Source: Botryllus schlosseri
Lineage: Eukaryota
Assembly: GCA_051294905.1 (NCBI GenBank)
Contig: CM119371.1
Coordinates: 32,736,001 to 32,800,000, forward strand
Direction: 5' to 3'
DNA length: 64,000 nt
Shown here one piece after another: positions 1 to 14,200 of this stretch. Every line of letters starts with the position of its first letter. Position 1 is the stretch's first letter. Made by a program: the position numbers and the translations under genes. The notes under the pieces were generated by a model. That model was not told where the DNA came from and did no database searches. It saw only the letters and a list, made by a program, of their open reading frames with translations.

Positions 1-1649
1 TAGAGCAAAGCTTTGACTTAGCTCGCTCACGTATTTCATGCTGCTCATTCTCTGAAAAATAATTTCCCATGTCTAGCGTAGGGGTTCCCAAGTCATTGAA
101 TGTTAATAACCGTACTGAAACGGATTTCATTTTACATGGCGACACATTGATTTTTATTTTATCAGAAATATCAGACATAGAATTGACATTTCCAAAATAC
201 GCGGTTCTGACTTTGAAATGGGGGAGCAGTGATGGCTCTGAGCTACCAGTGGCTGCATAAACATCATTCAAATGAACACCGGTATCTCGAATCACGCATA
301 ACGACAACACGTGCATACTAATTGTTCGGCAACTATTATTTCTTCAAATCTAAATCCAGAACTAGAACTACTCACTTTTCAATATCTGCAATTACATATA
401 GAACCACTCACTTTTCAAAATTAGAAACTAGAACTAGAACTAGAACTACTCAGTTTGAAAATATGCAACTGTAAATAGGACTAGAACTACTTAAAACACC
501 GTTAGTTATAGTTGAACGGCAACTATCTAAATGAGTAGTTTGGACAAGTCTGAATAAACAGTTTAAGCATTACTTAACCCTAAAGTAATATCAAAAATTT
601 GCATTTCAACAAATACGAATCCAGGCTTCATCGTAAATTAAATTCGAGAATATTTCATAGTCGAAATACTGGTACGCTGTGACCCTTCTTACGAGCGATG
701 ATATTGACATGATTTTTGATAATCAATGTTTTTTCAAATTCTCTAAGTTACTGAAGATTATCCTTGGTGCGTGTGCTATTATGTGCATGTTAATTTTGAA
801 ATATATCAGGCAAAATGGCCATGTTGCATCATAGTCCACGTACCAGGGTACAATTGGCACACTTTCTCGATTCCATAAACAAGATTCGATAATCGCAATC
901 GCGCTACCTTCCCAATGTAAAATATACTGCATAGCAAGCTATCTGAAAAGCCGAGTTAGCTTGACTATTGCTGACTATGAGCTTCCCATAATATTCTCGT
1001 TCACATAGCCTGCCGATATCGTCACTAATACCGTTATTATACTACATGCACGGCGAACCACTACGTGCAACCCGCGACGATGCCCGAAACAGACTGAAGC
1101 CGGATGTAATTAAATGCTAAACCATATGCACGAATCGCGTGTACGTGCTGCGCGTATATAGCTGTGGAAATGCTGATAAATCAATGGCCAGTTTCCTTAA
1201 CACTGCTTCCTCGTAAACGCGATATACGAATGGCGATAATCCATTTACAAAGTGATATTTCCATATTGTGTTGAGCCTACAACTGTTTAAACTTGCTTTT
1301 ATTTCAAAGTATATAACCAGAGAATCATAATAAAATCATAGATGTCCTTGGTAATTTGTCCTGATTGCCTTTAAATTAACGCGGCGTACGGTATATAAAT
1401 AAATTCATTACCAAAAACAGATAACCGCAGACTAATTTTCATAATCTTGAAATGTTCAGTACATCAGTTTTGAGGGGTAGTCAAAATTGAGAATAGCCTA
1501 CATATCAAGGCAATGGTGCAGCCGATAAATATTTTTGATATCGCGATCGGTTCATTACTTCGGTGAATTATGAAGCCTATGCATCTTAAGTAACTCGCCG
1601 TGTTAACTTGACATACTGAATAACATGATCCAACATGCACCCATTGGTT

Positions 1650-2492
1650 TCAGAGTTGATAGCCATCCGGAATAGTCTGTATTGGGTCAAACGTAATGGT
1701 GCGCCAGAAAGACGGGTGGCTCTTTTTTCAGACAGCCAGAGCAGGTTAATCGCGATTCGAAACTGCTCTCCAGACAACGAAATCATCGTCGATACCCCCC
1801 TCCTAGGATCGGATATACATGCATTAGAGATCGAACTTGTACTGGTCGGGATCCCCGGCCATAAGGGCATCCGCGTTAACGAAAAAGCTGATGAAATCGC
1901 AAAGGCGGGCAGCCGTGAGGCCTCTCCACGCGATGAAACCCTCCAACAAAAATTAACTGCGAAGGAAATGAAATCTCACATTGCCGTTAGATGTCGGGAA
2001 AAGTGGATCGATCACACGGAACGCAAATGAAGGCGACTCGCAATATAAAAATATTACTGGAGTTATCAGGGACTCTACACCAAAAGTGAATTTGTCTCGC
2101 AGAGAAGCCGGATTTCTAATTAGATTGTAGACTGGCCATTCTAGGCTGAACGGCCATCTCCCCAGAATGAAATATCACCAAAATGGCCTTTGTGATTTGT
2201 ACGGGATCGGAGAAAACGTGGACCATTTCCTCCCTCGCTGCCCTAAGTATGACCGGGCCAGGACGAATCTAATACAGACCGCAGAGCGGAATAAAGCATC
2301 ATTAACGCCTAAGTCCCTGCTAGCAGATGAGCAGACAAAATGGACAGTCATCGAATTCACGATAGCAAGTGGAAGGGCTGTGTGAAGAGTCATAAACCAT
2401 TGGTATAGGCGTGAATAATCGCTAGTTATCGTGCTGGGGCAAAAAGCCAAGTAGCCAAGCCCCGTCCCCCAAATACATACATACATACATAC
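1650..2492 (+). mobile_element. 5'-truncated I-group non-LTR retrotransposon (RNase H + CCHC knuckle remnant), frameshifted
   Basis: RNase H-like SELIAI...LFSDSQS...IPGHKGIRVNEKADEIAKAG; downstream GLCDLYG...VDHFLPRCPKY; (CATA)n tail; 12-bp TSD CACCCATT(G/A)GTT at 1638-1649 and 2493-2504; the paralogous site near 29600 is empty. Confidence 0.88.
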
Positions 2493-3202
2493 CACCCATT
2501 AGTTACCAATTCTGCTGTATTAAAATGACTGTCATTTGTAATATAGCGCTTCAGATTCGTACTTTGCCGTACATACTCGAAACAGTGCAATAAATATCAC
2601 TCATCGGCATCGGGCTACAATTATTGTCCACACAAAGAGGAATCAGTAGATAAAATCTTGTGCAAATGATTGTTGAGCCGACAATAGCCTGATCTCAAAC
2701 GAAACTGTCATCGAAAAACTCAAATAACTCCGCCTCTACGGCTTGGAATTGAGTCAAATTTGTTTTGCATCGTTTTTGAAGACAGCGCAATAATTGTATG
2801 GGGTTGGAAGAAAAATTTGAAAAAAAATTTTTTTGCATTCATAGTTAAATTTAAAATTTTCAAAGTCTACGAAATCCGCGAATATTGGTTGGATTGGAAT
2901 GAATTCAAAGTTGGTGTGCGTCGTTTTTTAAGGCAACCTAACCATTTAATCACGTATCCCCCAAGATTCAGGAAAAAAGGTTATTTTTGAACAGCCCTAA
3001 TGTACAATGTACATCAGAGTTGAGACTTTGGCATGACAGCAACAATGGCCTACTTATCACGACCATATCAAAACCAGTATTAGGCTACACCACGCAAATG
3101 CTCTGATCTCAGATCAATCTTCAGTAGATTTTAAAATAATCCAGAATAAATTGTTGCACGCCAAAGGCCATCATAGCTGCAATAATATAACCCGACTGTT
3201 TG

Positions 3203-3793
3203 ACTATAGAATGTAAACGTGGAATGGCAGCGACCGATTTTGCAGCTTCGTTCCGCTTCGCTGAAGCTTTACTCAGACTTATTTTACGGCAGCTACTGTA
3301 GAATTTCTGGCAATCCAAAAGTTGTCTTCCAGAGCTCAGAATTTACTGAATCTGGTCTTGATCGAAAGCTACTGTCGCACTGATTTCGAAAATATCAATC
3401 AAAATATGGTGAAGCACCGTACTGAGATGAAAAACCACCCTCAACATCTAAAATCTGCATTGTTCAGAACAATCGGATGCCCGCAAAACAATGACCATAA
3501 CAATGACCCATTGCGGCTCTTCGATTGTTCGGACAATGCCGATAATTCAGACTTGGAGGGCGAATTCTAATCGGTTCAGTGCCTGATCATATTTTTATTT
3601 ATATTTTCGGAATCAGTGATATAGTAGCTTTCGATCAAGACCAGATTCAGTAAATTCTGAGCTCTGGAAGACAACTTTTGGATTGCCAGAAATCCTACAG
3701 TAGCTGCCGTAAAATAAGTCTGAGTAAAGCTTCAGCGAAGCGGAACGAAGCTGCAAAATCGGTCGCTGCCATTCCATGTTTACATTCTATAGT
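3203..3793. mobile_element. Foldback/MITE element with 193-bp near-perfect inverted arms
   Basis: 3203-3395 is the reverse complement of 3601-3793 with few mismatches; 205-bp spacer; ends embedded in TATA (TA or TATA TSD). Confidence 0.85.
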
Positions 3794-5079
3794 TTGCCGA
3801 TATCATGATGTCTATAACTCATTATTTTAACGAGCCCGGCAAAAAACCATTTTTTGATAATTTGATTTTTTTTCGTGTCAAGCGCGAATAAGTAAATTTC
3901 ACTTTCACAATGTTTGTGGAAAGCCTGTCTGCAAGCTTCCGTCTAATAAGGCGTACGTGGAAATGATACATTGAATATCCGTAATATTGATGCTGCGGCC
4001 CGCGACGTGATCAAAAACTAGGAAAATGGCCCTCGAACACAATTGAATTTGAGAGCTCTGATTTACATCGTGCATAGAATTGTCTCAATGAGTTTATATC
4101 ATCGCATGTAATGGTAAGGTATATTTGAAAGCCAATATCGTTATCCGGAAACTTCTTTATGCCTATCTTATAACAAAATTTGAGTGGAAAATTCCATCAT
4201 GCACCGCCGGCGACTTCCACACCATATCAGAGTCTGCGAAAAGTAGCCGCTGATATACGAAATCTGATGCAAGGGGTACTCAAACTCGTTCAGCATCAGA
4301 ACGTAGATACGCAGGAAAGAGACAGTACAACGCGTTATCAAGTTGAATAATAATAGTACCATAAAATGCATGCATATGTTTGTCCACTGGTCTTTGTAAA
4401 TACAAATCTTGAACATTTTTACAGTCAATTTAAATAAACATGCATGTTTATTGAATTGAAATGTAGTAAAGGCGCTTTGTGGCAGTAACGTATCAGTCTA
4501 CGTTTATGAATGCGGAAATTATCGAAAGTTGGTCTGATACAATATTTAATTCACTACAGCAAAGTTATTGTCAAGCTTCGATTAGGGGTTAGTCGTGAGT
4601 GATGTAGGTTTTTACAATTGCGTCGCAACTACAAAAGTTAGGGATCCACTGCACTTGAATTTCCAGTTTAGTTCATGTGAATTATTTCTCGTCAAGACAA
4701 TTACCAATTAAAATTTTTATCCATACTTATCCGGATTTCCTCCGCACAAACTTTGTCATTCGCACTGCAATTCTTTTCATTCGTACAAGTGCGTACCATC
4801 GCACCGTAGGGTGAGCAGCACAGTATCAGAGTATATTACTGCAGACCAGAACTGTTCACACTCACACAGCGAGCGACGCATCGTAATACCCGAGAGGATT
4901 TAGGTTACAACCAAATATACATGAGTATCAAAACTTTAGCTCGAACGTACCCATGAAACCAGAATACTTTCTAAATGAGTTATCCTCGCTCATACTGGGA
5001 GACTTATGATTAGCTATCAAGATTACAGAATATCCCAAAGACTACACGCCGTGTGCAATAGGTGCAATCTATACAACAC

Positions 5080-5520
5080 GGACTTCTACAACTATGCTTG
5101 ATTTTCAAAACGAGCAACTAGAATTGGAACTAAAACTACTCAAACTTTAAAATTCGCAACTAGAGCTAAATCTAGAACAAGTCACTTTAAATATCCCGAA
5201 ACTCCAACTCTAACTAGAAGTAGCGACCTTTAAAAATTAATCCACCGCAGAAAATCGAACAAACTTTATCCCGTAAACGTATTTTCTGCTTCTCGTGAAC
5301 TGGATTTCATTTTTTCAAGGAACACATTGATTTTTATTTTATCAAAAATATCTGACATAGAATCGACATTTCATAAAGACGCGGCTTCGAGTTTTCAATG
5401 GGCGACGCTTCGACCCCCAAAACCATCCAGCTGGCTACGCCGTTGTTAGCAGTGATGGCTCTTAGCTACCAATGGCTGCACAAACATCATTCAACAGAAC
5501 ACCGGTTTCTCGAATTTTTT
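5080..5520 (+). repeat. Dispersed MITE-like family with (ACTAGA)n arrays and an AAATATC(A/T)GACATAGAA core
   Basis: The same modules occur at 120-553, 11020-11105, 16060-16400 and 30559-30960; terminal motif CAGACTTGT(C/A)CAAACTAC at 553 and 30559. Confidence 0.65.
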
Positions 5521-8039
5521 TTAAGGTTAATGAACGAATTCGGTCAATAATAACGTCACTTGCATATATTGCGGGTCACATCTGTAAGCCGCTCGGCTCA
5601 ATTGGGAAGGAGAGGCCTACTCGGCTGTTGGACATACAAATATCGAAGATTTCGGCGAAGATAAGTCAATAATGTTTTTGCAATGCTTTCATTTACCGAC
5701 GATCTTTCTGCGAGCGCACATCCAAATTCGGATGTTTTACGACACGTTCCCTCATAATTGCGAATATAGTCAGACTCAATTCTATAAACTCGGCATATTT
5801 TAAATTTTCAGGAAAGGGAACCAATATTTAGTCGAAACTGATTGTGCAATATTTACTGGAATTTGTTTTAAGTTGACTAAAAAGGTCATCACTTTCATTC
5901 GACTCCCAATTTACCCAATTTTTACCTAGATTTAGTGGTGTTGACTGACAAAATGGTCATCACATTCGTTCGACTCCCGAATGGACCGCTAGACGGTTTT
6001 CAGTTGAACCCGTCCATTATCCTAGCAGTAAATGAGGAAGAAATGCTAAAAAAAATGAAGACATTTAGGCGTCCTCGATGACATTTGGAAGAAAATGGAA
6101 AAAGGAAGGCGTGTGCTGCTAATATCCGAAACATTAAATAGGCTGAAACTAGGTTAACACACCAATGTAGGTACGCAGGCAAAAGACAGCCTAATATGTT
6201 ACGAAGTGAAATAATATTAGTATCCTAAAATATACATATATATGTCCACTGGTCTTTATCGCTGGAAGTGCTAAGAAAAATATCAAGTCAAATCAACTTA
6301 CGACTTAATCGTCATATACGAAGATATATGAAACATGTGACTGACCACTGGCTATGCTTATTGCTTATGCATCGGAACTGATGTTTTAATCGTGAACATC
6401 CCAAATTGCGCAGTCAGGCTTATCAAATTTTTGGTTTGCCTTGCAAGTTTACAATACATTACCTGTACGATTTATTATTTGATATGATTAGTAATTTCGA
6501 GAATTATCACGCGGGCCACTCAAAATCTTCTCGTGGGCCACAGGTTAGCCGCCCTTGAAGTAGACAAAATAATACTCTATAGTAAAAGTAGACGTAACGA
6601 ATGAAGTTGAATCAGACGATGAAGGCCTGAAATATATTCCATTAAGTAGCTTCACAAGTATATGAGTCGTAGGGCGCATACTTTTAGCAATTATTTGGAG
6701 TTGGCTACTTTCGAAATTGCAATATTCGCCACTGTTGCAAATGACTATAACGACACTATAAATTGCCTCAATCCTCGAATAAATATTAGGATCCCGTAAC
6801 GTGGAGGCTATTTCGCCTTTCAGGTGACTCCTCTATTAACAAAAAGAGTGTATCTTCACACCCGCCAACCGTCCGTGATATACGGGTGTGAATGTACACT
6901 CTTTGTGCCCCAAACCAGAACTTACCTCAGACTTACACAGAGGTATGAATGAAACGCAACATTTTAATGCAAATGATGCCTGCACGTAGGCTCGCATAGG
7001 ATTCATAACCACTATGGTATTCTGGTTCAGTTTCCGCTGTCGCGTGCTACCTATAGGGTGAGGATCCACACTCTTATCGCTGAGTGTGCATGACTCAGAG
7101 TGTGTATAACTGCAAAGAGGGATGCGTACTTATTCCGAAACTACATTATACTCTGCAAAATCCAAAGTGTAAAACCAAGTAATTTTACATAGAAACTGCC
7201 CCAGTAGTACTGCAAGTACTGTAACAGCATAACCGCATGAGCAAATAATGGGGGTTGGCAAAGGCTACTTGAGTCGGAAAATCAGAAAATTTTTAGCTTT
7301 TACATATTGCATCACACTTAGAATAACAGCTATACAGTCTTTCCAAATTAGACTAGAATCAGAATTAACGCAATTCGCAACACATTTTTTTCAAGTTCCA
7401 CTATAATTCAAATTATACCTGCACATTTTGTTTCAAATTAGATTAGAATTAGAGTTATTGAATTCACGAAAACGTGGAAATCGAATCAAATTCAGCTCAT
7501 ATCAAATCATGGTCCATACTCTAGGTGCGAGAATGGCAAATATGTACAGCAAGCTTGACTCGTCTCGCACTATACAGTTCCTCTGTATCGTTTTGGGGAA
7601 ACGAGATGTTAGATTGGAATCATAATTAGCGCAAAGAAACATTTCACAAATTATATTTAAATTAGATTGCCTGCATTTATATCTAATTAGTGTAATTAGA
7701 CAACAAGAATTATCTAATTGTCCATGTCTGTACTTGAGTACTCCGAAAAGTAGAAGTACATGGCTACTGATATTATCTGGATTTTGCAGTATATGCATAA
7801 AGGTCGCGTATCCTAGGAATATCACTAATATATATCACTAAACAGAACTAGTCGTTTGGTATAGGCAAGCATACCAAAGCGCCACTCACATATAAATGCA
7901 TATCGAGGCAAATCGACTTCGCTGTATATTTAAATTAATCCAGGTATGCGTGTGTTGGTAATGCTTTGTATATTACTCACAACGATACCGCATCACGGAA
8001 AAGTGAACTGCTTCCTTAAACTCAGCAATGGATCATAAT

Positions 8040-8199
8040 ATAAGTTACGTCATTCGTCTGCGTGTGTGTGTACGCTCGGTTGCGTCGATGGAACTCAATA
8101 CCGCGCTGACTCAAAGCCCTTTAAATCCAAACGGAAGTAAACAACGAAGCTCATTATGTGGACTCACGCTCGAGACTAGGATATCACTACGAGGCAAAT
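8040..8199 (+). promoter_or_regulatory. Likely proximal promoter / 5' UTR of the SMUG1-like gene
   Basis: CpG-richer stretch directly upstream of the ATG, with an ETS-type core CGGAAGT (8132-8138) and TGACTCA (8107-8113). The TSS cannot be located from sequence alone. Confidence 0.35.
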
Positions 8200-8270
8200 A
8201 TGGCGAAAGCTAGTTATGATGATGCTGACAGTCTTTTGAACAAGCTACAAGTGTCCGGCGGAGAAAAAAG
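8200..8270 (+). CDS. SMUG1-like: SMUG1-like exon 1 (MAKASYDDADSLLNKLQVSGGEK)
   Basis: ATG in aaatATGG context; donor AAG|GTGAAT; ends in phase 2, matching the phase-2 acceptor at 10625 (AG+T = Ser). No family motif in this exon, so assignment rests on phase and position. Confidence 0.65.
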
Positions 8271-11200
8271 GTGAATACGTGTTGTAACAAACTTGACACG
8301 GTCTATGGTTGTCTCATAAGAGGGCTGTATGATATAGTCTAGGAATGCGAACAGGACGAAGTAGTTGTGGTAGTCACAATCTGATTCATATGCCTAAATC
8401 CGAAGCAAATCCGCAAAAATGTTGGCTGTTTTTTACTGCAATCACTCTCCACTCCCGGACAGTAGTGCTGGGTCGAACATTGAAAGATAATTTTGTCGAG
8501 TTCTGAAATTATCCGCCAATACGAGTCCATAAATTAATAGCAATTTTAGTTTCGATAGAATTTTTCAGTAAGGAAGCTATATAAAGCCATGATTGTTCGT
8601 ACCCCAACATACTAAACGTAGTACAGCTACTGACGTTATTGAAGTGACATAGTAATCTGTTAAGTCGCGACCAATCCACAGCAAGCAGCAATGTCACAAG
8701 CTACAACGTGCCATGAAAAGCCACGGTCGAAAAATCCAAAATTATCTTCATTGCGATGCGGGAATGTTAATATATTTTTTGCGGTTCCTTGAAAGGTACA
8801 ATTTTGAAATTTGCGCATTTTTCATACTGTTATAACGTCATCATTAGTTATACTCGTATACCCAATTCGACTGGCAGCCTAATTCTAAGGATTCAGAATC
8901 GAATCGCTCAGATACTTGATTATCCGAAGACCTAGTGGGGAGATTTTTGGAATCTGCTGTGTCACACTACTCTATTTCACAGGTCTCTATAGAAGAGATC
9001 AAATTACGACTTCTCAAAATGTAGCAGCTCATTGTCGTTACCGGGCCTTATAGCGACTGTACACCAAAACGTATTTGCACAAGATTGCGGGGAATATACT
9101 CTGCGTAAAGCGATTTAGACTTGGCTATCAGTCGTTATTTTCATGTTAATAACATTTTAAGGGCCATGCTCTACACCAGAGGTCTCAAACACGCGGCCCG
9201 TCAGAGCATTTTGTGCGGCCCGCCATGACATTTCAGATTTTTGTTAATTTGACAATATATAAGTGTCACGTATATCTTTTCAGGTTATAAAGTGAAAATT
9301 CCCTCAATTGCTCCGAAAGCCTGCAACTATTCATTAAACTTCACTATCACATCAATTGTAAACGCCTCCAATCTCCATGCAGTGGAAGGTTCACTTTTTA
9401 GCCACAGTTCCAATTCATGACGACAAAACCTGACCCATAGACGATTCGTGACTGAAATTTGTGAGTTGGACTTGGACCCGACCTTTCTTAGAATTACTCA
9501 GACTCGGGTTAACTCGACGGCAAAATGAAAATATGACTCGAGTGGACTGGGAGTGACTCGGAATGTCGTGAATTTGTTAGAACCGTGGACGCATAACGAA
9601 CTAATCGCGTATCAGGGGAATAGTAATAGATCAGAAGGTCGCAGCTTGGGATTTAGCTAATCAAGCATGTAGTTATGGCAACCATTGACAATCTGTTAGT
9701 TACATCTTTGGTCGCTAAACCATGTTATTAAGGACACTTGAAGGTACCGAGTACCGTATTGGTACGTTCCAACGATGTAACAACAATCGGCCGTTCGGCA
9801 TTCCGACATATCAATCACTAGGACACAATCATTAATATAGTTATATTATATTTATATTTTTTCTGCTCCCATATTCGAGGTTATTTGACCATGAGATTAG
9901 TAGCCTACTGTCAAATTCAAAATGTCCATAGTAGCTGCAAAAGTATAACCCGATAGCTTTTATGATGGCATCATACATTTGTCCGTGCATATGGTGTCGA
10001 TATCTAATATTTGATATATATATATATATATATATAAGGAAAAACAACAATTCTTTTCAAATAGTTATAAATGTGACGATTTTTCTCGTGCCAGGCTCAA
10101 ATTCATACAAGAGTAAATCAAATTTTGACGATGTGTGTTTACTGTTAGTCTGCTGGATCGGCTAACTTTCAATACGACAAATCATTTCCGCCAAATAAAT
10201 CCTACTTGGAAAGACATAGGATACCCTTATAAATGCTGCGGCCCGCGGCGTCGTCAAAACTGGAAAACTGGCCCGCGAGCACATTGGAGTTTGAGACCTC
10301 TGCTCTACACCGAGACAATCTATAATGATCTAATATCAGTTGAACTCAAGATATATCCTCATGTGACCGGTATTCATCCATGAGTTTGACGCTACAATCT
10401 GCTAGAATTCTCTTCCCGGGTTTCACAAGCGGCCTTGAGCGGCACTAATATCCGCTATTTTGGAATACATATGCAGAAGTTGACGAGAACTATTCAATTC
10501 TATGATATTTTTCTGGGATATTCGGACGCCAATGATAGCCGCAAGAAGGCTTGCTTAAAGCCGCGGTCATGAATCCCCCCTTAAAAATATAATGACAAAT
10601 TCATTATGTTATTTCGAACGACAGTGTCTCTGAAGAATACTTGGGTATCATGAAGGACCTTAGAAAAGAATTTGCAGCATTGCTGAAGGGAAAACTTCAG
10701 GTTGGATCGTAAAACCTGGTCAGCGTGAGTTTACTACAACCCTCACTACTTATGCAAGGCGGATGCAGCGTTGGAAGACGTAATCGAGTATGAACGCCCA
10801 CCCAACCGTTTCGAGAAGCAGGGAGACATGCGCGTCATCGTCAACCGAATCTTGAATCCTCTCGCGTACGCTTGGCCGAAACACGAGGAGTACATACGGC
10901 GAATGCCACAAGAAATTAGCGTTCTGTTCGTTGGTATGAACCCGGCACCAAATGCCCCGTCTGGAGTGAGTGATTCCTATACACAGATTTGTATAAACTG
11001 GCGATCTAGTTTGTTGACCGTCAACTAGCTTCCGAACATATAGTAGTTCTAGCTCTATAGTTCCAGAGTTAGTCATTATAGTTCTATTTGCCGAACAACT
11101 AGAACTTTCTTACATATACAAATGTACAATATCCATACACACTGTATAAAATATGTATCTATTGCTGATAGATGTATACATGTTGGCTATACACTACGAT

Positions 11201-14200
11201 TAATACTATGTGTACTCTATCTAATGTTACGGCACATTACTGGTTACATATAGTAATATAGCCTACTTCACGCTGGCTGCATTTCCTGCAATCATTCGAA
11301 TCGATTTTTGTAAATGAATATTCATGTCTCTGCGTCATTTCCTATTACTGTCATTTCGTAGAATATCCTACATATTATGAAAGGTTATTGTATGTGTATC
11401 TATGGATGTGAGTGTGGTTAATATATGTTATGAACTACAGTTTGCACCAAACACTCTTACGGGTGGAGACTCGGGTAGTCTATATTTTCATTTGGCAGGT
11501 ATCTTTTTCTCGTCTTGTTCATGTGAAGAAGAAAAAGCAACACTATACTATCCTAAGTGTTCCAAAAATACGAGGGGTTCGGATTAGGCGATCTAAAATA
11601 TTGGAGGCACTGCATATGAATATAATTTCTCCACGGAGTTTACGAAAAGAAAATCACATTCATTACACATTGCACATTGTCAGTATGCGTTGTTGTGATG
11701 CAGAGTTGGTCAGTAACTAAAAACGCTTACTCAAGATACTTTTACTTACCTGTACTATTTGCATAAATGATTACGTTTTCAGACAACTTACGCTTCGTCT
11801 ACGTAACAGTTATTCACACAACAGAAATTATCATGAGAATTTGGTCTATTTGTATTGTCCTCAGTCATTTGTCGTGAAGATTCATATTGAAATTTCGAAA
11901 GATCCTCCCTTCGAGACTTTACCTTTTAAAACTATCTACTTTGGTGCTTTTCCATGGTGTACCTCCACGTGAAAGAGTTTTTGTATGCCTTTGAAATTGA
12001 CAGTTCTATATGTAATTAAGTAGAAATGGCCGGTATCACATATGCTTTTGGGTATGTGGGAACGAGCAGCTCAACAGCGCCGTCTCGCGAAGGGAAAACC
12101 CTATCTCCATCGCATTTTTACAGCTGCTAGGTGTCGCTATGACTGCTATGCCCCTTTCTGATATAATGCCTATTTTAGGAAGTAATAGGACAGTTCAAAG
12201 TGTTTCTAAATGTTGAAGGATTATGGGCAACCCATGCTGGAGAAATGCCGTTTTGAAATTTCGAAGTTCATTTTTTTTCAAACGCTTGCTGTGAACTTCT
12301 GTAGCTCAGAGCATGGTATACCTACGCTAAGCAAAATTAGCAAAATGTAGACCTGGATGTTGACTTTTCAAAAAAAACACGGTCTTGATGTAAAAACAGA
12401 GGTACCATGTTTATATTAACAACCAAAAATATAATTTATGGAATTTTGATTGTTTTCAAAATTTTACAGTTGCTGGACCCCTTTAAGTAAATATGGTGAC
12501 TAGGCCTACTTTGACCACTTTGACAGCCGTCATTGCGTGAATACAATATATCTCGGGCTAGGGCGCCGCGGCAGTAAAGATGATTTCATCAACAACTTTA
12601 AACTATAAGACCATGCGCATATGCAACTTATACTCCTCCAACCTTTTCAGATTCCATTCGGTGACAAAAAAGAGGTTCACAATTTTTGGGATATCGATAT
12701 CTCCACCAGTAATTTCGACGGGATCCCGGACTCTCTGAAAACAGATAAGTATGTCCGAGGACAGAGCTGCATTGTTCAGGCCTGAACTGAATATGTATGC
12801 TATTTAATGCGCGACGCTGTAAACTTCAGAAGCTCAGCATCAGGGATGAGCAGAAATATTACTTATCAATCCTATCCGGAATTTGAGATTAGGACCCAAG
12901 TCTAAATCTATAGGCCCAAATCATATCTTTTAAATAGGTGGGTTATTTTTTGACCTATAAAACGGATGATTTTGACATAAAATGTAAATATTGACTTTTT
13001 CGACAATAAAAAACTAAATTTTGATAAAATACTACCCACGCGTAAAAACATTAGGTATTGTTGCACATAATGTTAGAATTTTAGTACTTTTCTACATTTC
13101 TGATTGGAACTGTGTGTCTTTACGAATTAGCTTGGCTAGAATAAAGAAAAAAGTTCAATAGAAGCAGTATTTTAGTTGCAACATTGACGTTCGGTGCACA
13201 CTACTATAGAGTGCTAGTAACGCACCAGTTGCTTAATGCCAACAATGTTGTCTACAAAACATCACACTTTTAGATCACAACCCAAATTTGATTTTTTAAA
13301 TATCCTCACCCATACATTGATAATCACGCAATCACTTTTCTGATTCATGTTTGAGATATTAGCCTGATCTTATAAAAACTTCGGGCCTATTATAAATTTT
13401 ACCAGTTTTTAGGTGTGTTGATCACCACGTCAAGTGATTTGTTTCATTCGATGGTTTATGATTCACAATGAGTAGCCTACACACTGGGCCATCTACATCA
13501 GTAGGCCCATAAAGTAGGCGGCAAGGTGTGAAGTGTTTAATAATAAGTTCACCGACAGTGCAACGTCTACGGCACCAATGAAATTCCACCTGCAATTTTT
13601 TTTTAATTCGTACACAATTTTGACATTCATATTGAAATGAACCCGAATATTTTCGGCTGACACTCGTCAGGGGTAATCGTCAGCAACTAGTAGAGAATTG
13701 GAAAGAACATTTTATATCAACAATCGTATCACAAAACATGACGTCACCAGCATGAAAGTTCGAATGAGAGAGCGTTCAACGTACTATTTTGACAGTATTT
13801 TTACCAAATACCTCAATTTTGACATAAATATTCGCTCTGCTTATAAATTGTAAACGATGAGCGTGTATTGTGCCGATGTCCACCACAGGTAATGGCACAA
13901 TCATATACGGGCACTTTCTGGTACCAAATTTTGCAATCACACACATTGAAATATGTGACAACCATAGTCTAATGCACCAACTCGTATGGACGTGTTTTGT
14001 TTGTTTTGGGGTATTCATGGTGTTTGTCGACTACTATGGTCATTTACACCAGGCCGATAATTCTTCTTATTTTCCGTAACTGCCGACTTACATCACGGCC
14101 CACCTCTAGGCTTTTGTAAGACACCGATGACGCGGATGAGGTGGCGAGAGGAGCCTAGGTAAACCTCCAACACTTGGGTATCGGAATTCGGAAGTCGACC

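Larger units (their letters stand above)
120..4400. repeat. Copy A of an old inverted duplication (partner 29120-30960), expanded by later insertions
   Basis: Blocks 120-1640, 2500-2700 and 4080-4330 match the reverse complement of about 30960-29600, 29590-29380 and 29360-29130 at roughly 80% by eye, including a shared ACTAGA-repeat MITE end and its flank. Confidence 0.85.

Noticed and set aside
6824-7109. Good-looking splice sites on both strands and TKRVYLHTRQPSVIYGCE (RTE-LINE-like)
   Set aside because: No continuation of RTE motifs and no partner exons; a similar IYGCE string also arises by chance near 11400.
7502-7825. 107-aa minus-strand ORF divergent from the SMUG1-like promoter
   Set aside because: Contains a MITE remnant (AGTAGAAGTAC family), starts at a non-ATG codon and has no recognisable domain.
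10701-10758. Stronger-looking donor GC|GTGAGT at 10724/10725 inside SMUG1-like intron 2
   Set aside because: It would include an in-frame TAA and leave a 34-nt intron; the 10700 donor gives the phase-correct 58-nt intron.
11402-11587. GGDSGSLYF, resembling a trypsin-like serine protease nucleophile motif
   Set aside because: Isolated short motif in an intron; no upstream His/Asp segments; stops in flanking frames.
12000-12490. Segment ending GGACCCCTTTAA (Kolobok-like end) in SMUG1-like intron 3
   Set aside because: No matching left terminus or TTAA partner found.
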